DNA of 32,000 nt from an uncultured Actinomycetota bacterium (GTDB taxonomy: Bacteria > Actinomycetota > Actinomycetes > Mycobacteriales > Mycobacteriaceae). This document shows positions 25,735 to 32,000 of the stretch, piece by piece. The notes under the pieces are model-generated. The model worked only from the letters and a program-made list of their open reading frames with translations, made no database searches and was not told the origin of the DNA. How positions within the stretch are numbered: the first letter of the stretch is position 1; every line of letters begins with the position of its first letter. The DNA lies in the NCBI GenBank assembly GCA_963733605.1, contig CAVTDY010000009.1, positions 1 through 32,000 of the forward strand. Reading direction: 5' to 3'. The position numbers were made by a program, and so were the translations under genes.

Positions 25735-26471
25735 CGCGCAGGTCCGGCAGACACGATGTCATCGAATCCAATCGCCAGCTCTGTCTGCTCGGCAAAGAAC
25801 ACTGAAAGCTGCTTCGGATCAGCATGATTGGCGAATGTGCGGCGGTCCCACCACGCTAGCTTGGTCTGGTAGCGATGGTCCGGATAGGGAGTGGCGGGAA
25901 TTTTCGCCGCCAGCTGTCCACCGGACGAGAGCCACCGCTTAAGCACATACGAAGCAGCCGTGGCCACGATGAACTGAATATCGAGCAGGTTCATCGCATG
26001 AAGGGGTGTTCGTGAGATGGCGCTGGTGAGTTGGCGGCTGCGCTCGGGATCGTCGGTCACCCAAGCAGTTTTCATTTCGACGACGCCGAAGGGCAGTCGG
26101 TCGGTGATCATTTTCCGCACAGCATCCAGACCGGGCTGCCCACTCCATTCGACTAGTGCGTGGCATTCGTCGGCGGATCGATAGGGGCCTCGTGCCCGCA
26201 GACCGCCGACGACTCTCCCCGCGTCGTTTACGCACGCTGCGAAAAGGATCGTGTCGGCAGCATTGTGGAGCGCATCGATGTCGAGTGCCTTTTCGACGCC
26301 GTGCTTGCGGTAGCTATCGCAAGCACCGCGAACGTAGTCCATCCACAGATCCCGCTCGATTGCCGGGTGCGCGAATACGATGCTGCACTCGCTGTCAGGA
26401 TCCCAACACCTGGGACTCCTCTCCAGGCTGACTACGTTGCGGCCCGCGGCCTCAGTCTGGGGAACGGTCAT
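25731..26471 (-). CDS. Hypothetical protein (positional equivalent of Rv1356c), possible GNAT/LuxI-like fold
   Basis: 246-aa ORF with good GC3. Its stop overlaps the next start as ATGA (25731-25734). The motif spacing (GRVVGGLRARGP ... FGVVEMKTAWV ... ATPYPDHRY) suggests an acyltransferase fold. This is not verified. Confidence 0.7.
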   Translation of the reverse strand: MTVPQTEAAGRNVVSLERSPRCWDPDSECSIVFAHPAIERDLWMDYVRGACDSYRKHGVEKALDIDALHNAADTILFAACVNDAGRVVGGLRARGPYRSADECHALVEWSGQPGLDAVRKMITDRLPFGVVEMKTAWVTDDPERSRQLTSAISRTPLHAMNLLDIQFIVATAASYVLKRWLSSGGQLAAKIPATPYPDHRYQTKLAWWDRRTFANHADPKQLSVFFAEQTELAIGFDDIVSAGPAR

Positions 26472-26473
26472 AC

Positions 26474-27179
26474 TTGTCCCTTCGTCGGGCAGCCTGCCAA
26501 CAACGGCGTCGAGGCTGGCTGTCTCTGCTCAGTATCTCGCCACGGGTTACACGGATTCCAGCTAGCAATACGATCTTTTCCCGCAAAGCGATGCCCACCC
26601 TCAAATATTGCGCCGCGTTTCTGGCCGTCGACGGCTTTGTGGCAATCGCATGTCGGCGAATTGTCACTGGTGACCATATATTTATCGACTTTTCGGCGAA
26701 GTTGACCGCTAATGTCATTGATTGGATTGACGGTGGCGTAAGGATTTCCCGGACCCTTTCGCTGCGCGTTGAATGAGCCAGTGCAATTCGGGTGTTGGTG
26801 TGTCCGAACGGCCTGGTCGGCGCAGATTGTGCAGACTGTGTGACCCGAGGCAGCCCGGGATGACACCCCCGGCGGAGGTGGAGAGCTCAGGTAGGCCCCC
26901 TTTCGGTGCCATTCATGCACATGCCGGCGACCAGGGATATTCGGCAGAGCGGTGCCAGTTCGGCTTGTTGCGCGAAACGGGGATTGCCGGAGCGGGCCGA
27001 TCAATATTCATCATTCGTTTCTGCCCGCGTTCATCGGCACGGCGCGGTATCTGAGGGCAAAAGAACGTGGTGGGGGTGGATCACCGCCACGGCATCGACT
27101 CGGGCGCCTTGTTCTATCGCGGGCGGTGCTGTGGCACTGTAAGGACCGCATCATCCGATAGGGCAACCAGACGGTCGTG
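26474..27179 (+). pseudogene. purU: Formyltetrahydrofolate deformylase relic, heavily decayed
   Basis: PurU motifs are scattered over three frames in the correct order: VPFMHMPATRD, AERCQFGLL, INIHHSFLPAFIGTARY..AKERG, VVGVDHRHG, VLSRAVLWHCKDRIIR-stop(TAG 27159)-GNQTVV. The segment between ERG and VDHRH is deleted. The 5-prime part (DGFVAIA..., ACT-like) is only weakly recognisable. Confidence 0.7.
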
Positions 27180-27200
27180 GAGCGGGTAAGGAGAGAAGTG

Positions 27201-27653
27201 GTGAAGAAGTTCAGCGGGCTGGACGAGTTCGTCGCGGCGGAGGGCACCGAGCTAGGTCCCACAGATTGGCTGGAGATCACCCAGGAGCGCGTCAATCTGT
27301 TCGCCGACGCCACCGACGACCACCAGTGGATCCACGTCGATCCGGAACGGGCGGCGAATGGCCCGTTTGGTGGGACGATCGCACACGGCCTGCTCACGCT
27401 GTCGTTGCTCCCGCACTTCACGCAGCAGATGTACACCGTCGAGAACATCGCGATGGCCATCAACTACGGCTACAACAAGGTGCGCTTCATCACCCCGGTG
27501 AAGGTCGGCGCCAAGATCCGGGCGCGCGCGGAGATCGCCAAGGTCGATCAACTGGATGGCGCGGTGCAGGCGACGTTGACGACCACTGTCGAAATCGAGG
27601 CGTCCGACAAGCCGGCCGCGGTGGCCGAGTCGATTGTGCGTTTCATCGGCTGA
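27201..27653 (+). CDS. htdZ: MaoC-like (R)-specific enoyl-CoA hydratase/dehydratase, Rv0130 (HtdZ)-like
   Basis: GPTDWLEITQERVNLFADATDDHQWIHVDPERAANGPFGGTIAHGLLTLSLLP...INYGYNKVRFITPV is a hot-dog-fold hydratase 2 motif. AAGGAGAG (27188-27195) precedes the GTG codons at 27198 and 27201. The track start at 27177 is read-through from the purU relic. Confidence 0.88.
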   Translation: MKKFSGLDEFVAAEGTELGPTDWLEITQERVNLFADATDDHQWIHVDPERAANGPFGGTIAHGLLTLSLLPHFTQQMYTVENIAMAINYGYNKVRFITPVKVGAKIRARAEIAKVDQLDGAVQATLTTTVEIEASDKPAAVAESIVRFIG

Positions 27654-27654
27654 C

Positions 27655-28476
27655 TCAGTACTGCGTCATCCCCTGGTCAATCGAGATCGCCGCTGCTGTA
27701 ACGTTTTTCGACTCATCGCTGGCCAGCCAGCACACCCCGTCGGCGATGTCCTCGGGTTCCGCCGCCCAGGTGGGGAGAAACGGTGTGATCATCTGGGCGA
27801 GCTGCGGATAGGTCTCGGTCGCGCGGCCCAGCGAGCCGATCATGTCGCCGCTTCCCATGAGTGTGTTGACCGCCCCCGGGTGCACGCTGTTGACGCGGAT
27901 CGAGTGCCTGCCCAATTCGGCGGCGAACGCACGGGCCATGCCGGTGACGGCGTGCTTGCTTGCGGTGTAGTGGATCATGAACGGCTGCATCTTGATGCCC
28001 GCCGCGGAGCTGATCAGGATGATCGAGCCGCCGCGGCCGCCGTCGATGATCTTCTGCGCCCCGGCCATGACGGTGTTCCATGTGCCGGTCACGTTGACGT
28101 CCATGACATCGCGGAAGTCGTCGGGAGTGATGGCGTCCCACGTCTGGGGTGCGGAGACGCCGGCGTTGGCGACGATGATGTCGAGGCGACCCAGCTCGGC
28201 TGTGCCGTTGTTGACGGCCTGCCGGAGGCCGTCGATATCGCGGATGTCGACAGCGGAGGCAAGGATCCGGCGACCGGTCGCCTCGACGAGCTGCACGGTT
28301 TCGGCGAGATCGTCGGGAGTCGCCGGTGCGTAGGGGACGCACGCCGGAAGCTTGCCCGCGATGTCGATGGCGATGATGTCGGCGCCCTCATTGGCCATCC
28401 GCACCGCATGGGCACGACCCTGACCCCGTGCGGCCCCGGTGATGAAAGCCACCTTGCCCGTGAGCCGTCCGCTCAT
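27655..28476 (-). CDS. Mycofactocin-coupled-type SDR oxidoreductase (carveol dehydrogenase-like)
   Basis: 273 aa starting at ATG 28476. The N-terminus is MSGRLTGKVAFITGAARGQGRAHAVRMANEGADIIAIDIAG...VPYAPATPDDLAETVQLVEATGRR, followed by YTASKHAV (YxxxK). This N-terminal pattern is the one I associate with the mycofactocin-dependent SDR subfamily. It forms the 3-prime half of the 592-aa track ORF. Confidence 0.88.
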   Translation of the reverse strand: MSGRLTGKVAFITGAARGQGRAHAVRMANEGADIIAIDIAGKLPACVPYAPATPDDLAETVQLVEATGRRILASAVDIRDIDGLRQAVNNGTAELGRLDIIVANAGVSAPQTWDAITPDDFRDVMDVNVTGTWNTVMAGAQKIIDGGRGGSIILISSAAGIKMQPFMIHYTASKHAVTGMARAFAAELGRHSIRVNSVHPGAVNTLMGSGDMIGSLGRATETYPQLAQMITPFLPTWAAEPEDIADGVCWLASDESKNVTAAAISIDQGMTQY

Positions 28477-29641
28477 TTCTGCGCCGCCTTCACAAGATTC
28501 GATCCGATGATCAGCCGCTGGATCTCGCTGGTGCCCTCGTACAGCCGTAGCAGCCGCACGTCGCGGTAGATCCGCTCGACCGGCACCTCGCGCATGTAGC
28601 CGCTGCCGCCGTGCACCTGGACGGCGAGATCGGCCACCTTGCCCGCCATTTCGGTGCAGTACAGCTTGGCCGCCGACGGCGCGATCCTGCGGTCCTCGCC
28701 GCTGAGCCAGCAGCCGTGCGGTGTCGCGGACCAGCGCCCGCCCTGCCAGCACGCCGGTCTGCTGATCGGCGATCATCGCTTGCACCAGTTGGAAGTTCCC
28801 GATCGGGGTGCCGCCCTGCGTCGCGGTGGCGGCGTACGCGACGGATTCGTCAAGGGCGCGCTGCGCGATTCCGACTGCCAGCGCGGCGATGTGCACACGG
28901 CCGCGCGCCAGCGAGATCATCGCGGCGCGGTAGCCAACGTCCTCGGTGCCGCCGATCAGCGCGCCGTCTGGAACGCGGACATCGCTGAAACTGACGTCAG
29001 CGGTCCACGCGCCCTCCTGACCCATCTTGGCGTCCTTTACGCCGACCTCGACGCCGGCCGTGCCGGCGGGCACCAGGAAGACCGCGATGCCAGCGCCGTC
29101 CTCATCGGCGGGCCGGGTGCGGGCGAAGACGATGAACAGATCGGCGACGGGCGCATTCGTGATGAAGCGCTTCTGGCCGTTGATGATCCAAGCCGCGCCT
29201 TCTTGGTCGCGAACGGCTTTCGTGCGCAGGCCGGACGGATTGGATCCCGCGCCCGGTTCGGTCAGTGCAAACGAGGCCACCACCTCGCCCGGTAGCCATC
29301 GGCTCCAGCCAGCGGGCCTTCTGCTCGTCGGTGCCGAAGCCGACGAGTACTTGTCCGGCGATGCCGTTGTTCGTGCCGAACATCGACCGCAGTGCGAGCG
29401 ACGTGTAGCCCAGCTCCATCGCCAGCTCGACATCTTGGGCGAGGTTCAGCCCGAGGCCGCCCCACTCCTGTGGGATCGCGTAGCCGAACAGACCCATCTT
29501 CTCGGCCTGTTCGCGCAGATCGTCTGGCACCCGGTCCTCGGCCAGGATCTCCTGTTCACGGGGGACCACCACGGTGCGAACGAAGTGACGTGTCTGGGCC
29601 AGGATCTCCTGGAAGTCGTCGTCGCTGACTTCGGTGCTCAT
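28473..29641 (-). pseudogene. Acyl-CoA dehydrogenase, two +1 frameshifts
   Basis: ATG 29641 gives MSTEVSDDDFQEILAQTRHF...GTDEQKARWLEPMATG. There is a shift at about 29287-29292 into EVVASFALTEPGAGSNPSGL...ALVRDTARLLA. A second shift at about 28705-28707 leads into SGEDRRIAPSAAKLYCTEMAGKVADLAVQVHGGSGYMREVPVERIYRDVRLLRLYEGTSEIQRLIIGSNLVKAAQK-stop (TGA 28475..28473). The span is 1169 nt, which is 3n+2. Confidence 0.85.
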
Positions 29642-29680
29642 CGCGCTCCTCTGCGGCGAGTGGGCCAATGGACTCGAGAA

Positions 29681-29699
29681 ATCATATATGAAATATGAT
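29681..29699. promoter_or_regulatory. AT-rich inverted repeat ATCATAT-N5-ATATGAT in a divergent promoter region
   Basis: Perfect 7-bp arms in the 111-bp gap between the ACAD gene (minus strand) and fabG (plus strand). Candidate operator and/or -10 region. Confidence 0.35.
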
Positions 29700-29752
29700 G
29701 TGGCATTGACCGGGCCCTAGTCGGGGCCTGACCAGCGAAGAGGGGTGATCAG

Positions 29753-30493
29753 GTGTCGTTGTTGAGCGGCCAGACGGCCGTCGTCACGGGCGGTGCGCAG
29801 GGCTTGGGGTTCGCCATCGCGGAGCGGTTCATCGCCGAGGGCGCCCGCGTCGTGCTGGGCGATCTGGATCTCGGCGCCACCGAGGCGGCCGCCAAGCAAC
29901 TCGGAGGAGAAGACGCCGCCCTGGCGGTGCGGTGCGACGTCACCTCGGCCGACGAGGTCGATGCGCTGGTGGGTGCCGCCGTCGAGCGGTTCGGCGGCCT
30001 GGACATCATGGTCAACAACGCCGGGATCACCCGCGACGCGACGATGCGCAAGATGACCGAGGATCAGTTCGATCAGGTCATCGCCGTGCATTTGAAGGGC
30101 ACTTGGAACGGCATCCGCACGGCGGCGGCGATCATGCGGGAGAACAAGCGCGGCGCGATCGTGAACATGTCGTCGATCTCCGGCAAGGTCGGCATGGTCG
30201 GGCAGACCAACTACTCGGCGGCCAAAGCAGGCATCGTCGGCATGACCAAAGCCGCCGCCAAGGAACTCGCTCACCTTGGCGTGCGAGTCAATGCGATCCA
30301 ACCTGGATTGATCAGATCGGCGATGACCGAAGCCATGCCGCAACGGATCTGGGATTCCAAGGTCGCCGAGGTGCCGATGGGCCGAGCGGGTGAGCCGGCT
30401 GAGGTGGCCAACGTGGCGTTGTTCCTCGCCAGCGATCTGTCGTCGTACATGACCGGCACGGTCCTCGAGGTCACCGGCGGGAGGCACCTGTGA
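29753..30493 (+). CDS. fabG: 3-oxoacyl-[ACP/CoA] reductase, FabG-type SDR
   Basis: 246 aa. Features are [43 protein letters not shown] (S...YxxxK) and a C-terminal [10 protein letters not shown]. Confidence 0.9.
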   Translation: MSLLSGQTAVVTGGAQGLGFAIAERFIAEGARVVLGDLDLGATEAAAKQLGGEDAALAVRCDVTSADEVDALVGAAVERFGGLDIMVNNAGITRDATMRKMTEDQFDQVIAVHLKGTWNGIRTAAAIMRENKRGAIVNMSSISGKVGMVGQTNYSAAKAGIVGMTKAAAKELAHLGVRVNAIQPGLIRSAMTEAMPQRIWDSKVAEVPMGRAGEPAEVANVALFLASDLSSYMTGTVLEVTGGRHL

Positions 30494-31710
30494 ACGCGCG
30501 TGACGCTGTGATCTGCGAACCGGTTCGGACCCCGATCGGCCGTTACGGCGGCATGTTCAAGTCGCTGACCGCCCTCGATCTCGGGGTCGCCGCGCTGAAG
30601 GGGCTGTTGGAGCGGACCGGAATCGAGCCCGGCGCAGTAGAGGACGTCATCCTCGGCCACTGCTATCCCAGCAGCGAAGCACCCGCGATCGGACGCGTGG
30701 TAGCCCTGGATGCGGGGCTGCCGGTGACCGTGCCCGGCATGCAGGTCGACCGTCGTTGCGGGTCGGGTCTGCAGGCCGTCATCCAGGCCTGCCTGCAAGT
30801 TTCCGGCGGCGACAACGATGTCGTGGTCGCAGGCGGGGCCGAGAGCATGAGCAATGTCACGTTCTACTCGACCGACATGCGCTGGGGTGGCGCGAAGGGC
30901 GGCGTGAAGATCCACGACAGTCTCGCGCGCGGCCGCACCACTGCGGGCGGCCATCACTATCCGGTACCGGGCGGCATGCTGGAGACGGCGGAAAACCTGC
31001 GCCGGCAGTACGGAATCCCGCGCCAGGAGCAGGACGAACTCGCGGTGACCTCGCATCAACGGGCGGTGGCCGCTGCCAAGGACGGGATCCTCGCGGAGGA
31101 GATCATCCCGGTCGCGGTGCGCACCCGCCACGGTGAGGAGCTGATCGGCACCGACGAGCACCCGCGTGCCGATACGTCGGTCGAAACGTTGAGCAAGCTG
31201 AAACCCGTTCTGTTGGGCAGTGATCCGGACGCGACCGTTACCGCGGGGAATTCCAGCGGCCAGAACGACGCCGCCTCCATGTGCGTGGTGACCACTCCGG
31301 AGAAGGCCGACGAGCTGGGGCTTACCCCATTGGTCCGATTGGTCTCATGGGGGGCGGCCGGTGTGGCACCCAACATCATGGGGATCGGGCCGGTACCGGC
31401 AACGGAGGTGGCGCTCGGCAAGGCGGGGCTGCAGTTGTCCGACATCGACCTGATCGAACTCAACGAGGCCTTCGCCGCGCAGGTTCTTGCCGTGATGCGG
31501 GAGTGGAAGTTCACCGCGGCCGACCACGATCGGACGAACGTGCACGGTTCGGGGATCTCGCTGGGTCACCCCGTCGGTGCCACCGGCGGCCGGATGCTTG
31601 CCACGCTGGCGCGCGAACTGAACCGGCGAGGCGCCCGCTACGGACTGGAGACCATGTGCATCGGCGGCGGGCAGGGCCTTGCCGCCGTGTTCGAGAGAGT
31701 CGGCGCATGA
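30490..31710 (+). CDS. Acetyl-CoA C-acyltransferase (thiolase)
   Basis: 406 aa. Features are the active-site [37 protein letters not shown] and CIGGGQGLA. The GTG start overlaps the fabG stop (GTGA). Confidence 0.92.
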   Translation: MNARDAVICEPVRTPIGRYGGMFKSLTALDLGVAALKGLLERTGIEPGAVEDVILGHCYPSSEAPAIGRVVALDAGLPVTVPGMQVDRRCGSGLQAVIQACLQVSGGDNDVVVAGGAESMSNVTFYSTDMRWGGAKGGVKIHDSLARGRTTAGGHHYPVPGGMLETAENLRRQYGIPRQEQDELAVTSHQRAVAAAKDGILAEEIIPVAVRTRHGEELIGTDEHPRADTSVETLSKLKPVLLGSDPDATVTAGNSSGQNDAASMCVVTTPEKADELGLTPLVRLVSWGAAGVAPNIMGIGPVPATEVALGKAGLQLSDIDLIELNEAFAAQVLAVMREWKFTAADHDRTNVHGSGISLGHPVGATGGRMLATLARELNRRGARYGLETMCIGGGQGLAAVFERVGA

Positions 31711-32000
31711 CCAGACTGGCCCAAACGTTGGGCCTGACCGAGTTCCAGACCGAAATCGTCACTGCGGTACGGCAATTCGTCGACAAAGAGGTCATCCCGA
31801 CCGCGCAGGAGCTCGAGCACACCGACACCTACCCGCAGGCAATCGTCGATGCGATGAAAGAGATGGGCCTGTTCGGGCTGATGATCCCGCAGGAGTACGG
31901 CGGCATTGGCGAGTCCCTGCTCACTTACGCGTTGTGCGTTGAGGAACTCGCTCGCGGGTGGATGAGCGTCTCGGGCGTGATCAACACCCACTTCATCGTC
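31707..32000 (+). CDS. Acyl-CoA dehydrogenase, N-terminal part (runs off the window)
   Basis: This ORF is not in the track because it has no stop in the window. I translated it by hand from ATG 31707, which forms an ATGA overlap with the thiolase stop. The product is [98 protein letters not shown]. Confidence 0.85.
   Translation, partial: MTRLAQTLGLTEFQTEIVTAVRQFVDKEVIPTAQELEHTDTYPQAIVDAMKEMGLFGLMIPQEYGGIGESLLTYALCVEELARGWMSVSGVINTHFIV

Noticed and set aside
26468-27004. Cys-rich 178-aa minus-strand ORF whose TGA overlaps the Rv1356c-like ATG (ATGA). I considered it as a RiPP precursor, a zinc-finger protein or a TnpB remnant for the E1-like system.
   Set aside because: It is antisense to the purU relic, whose motifs explain the region. 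GC3 counted over about 120 codons is only about 55%. No family signature held up. The overlap is most likely coincidental.
27655-29433. 592-aa ORF suggesting an ACAD-SDR fusion protein
   Set aside because: The ACAD C-terminus, including its TGA at 28473-28475, is readable in another frame. The SDR has its own ATG at 28476. The apparent fusion is a frameshift read-through.
1-32000. I looked for tRNA/rRNA genes, CRISPR arrays, intact IS elements, integrase/att sites at the block boundary, and rho-independent terminators
   Set aside because: I found no cloverleaf-type sequence with a GGTTCGAATCC-like T-arm, no spaced direct-repeat arrays, no transposase or integrase larger than the scar at 4.3-4.5 kb, and no GC hairpin followed by a T-run. 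Absence by eye is not proof.

Overview
This window is 32 kb of high-GC actinobacterial DNA. I saw no rRNA, tRNA or CRISPR array by eye. It reads as two blocks.

Block A runs from 1 to about 14.65 kb. Hand-counted 60-nt lines gave 70-78% GC, GC3 is close to saturated, and the gene content looks Frankia/Streptomyces-like. It contains:
- a frameshifted DUF1905 gene next to a DUF1801 gene
- a YciI-like gene
- an MFS(DHA2)-TetR efflux operon with two AGTTA-N2-TAACT palindromes
- an IS5-type transposase scar
- a same-strand run of SRPBCC/START-like protein, polyprenyl diphosphate synthase, squalene-hopene cyclase and a two-FHA ABC/ABC-2 exporter (Rv1747 architecture)
- a cupin
- a DivIVA-domain protein built from 11-residue repeats
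- an SDR-TetR operon behind a 33-bp palindrome

Block B runs from about 14.7 to 32 kb. Counted lines gave 53-70% GC and the content is Mycobacterium-like. It contains:
- a 5-prime-truncated LLM oxidoreductase
- a gutted EamA transporter
- two adjacent frameshifted acyl-CoA dehydrogenases
- a PAS protein
- two tandem TetR genes
- a degenerate FAD-binding-like ORF
- the Rv1356c-like / Rv1355c(moeY)-like / GAF-GGDEF-EAL operon
- a badly decayed purU relic
- an HtdZ-like MaoC dehydratase
- a mycofactocin-type SDR with a frameshifted ACAD
- a fabG-thiolase-ACAD operon that runs off the window

The most interesting observations are:
1. An uncharacterised operon (unknown protein plus an E1-like/nitroreductase-like fusion) is coupled to a c-di-GMP enzyme.
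2. A composition and gene-content break coincides with a truncated gene.
3. Gene decay is concentrated on acyl-CoA dehydrogenases.
4. A hopanoid mini-cluster is flanked by a START-like protein and an FHA-bearing ABC exporter.

All family assignments were made by eye from the translations. None has been checked against a database.
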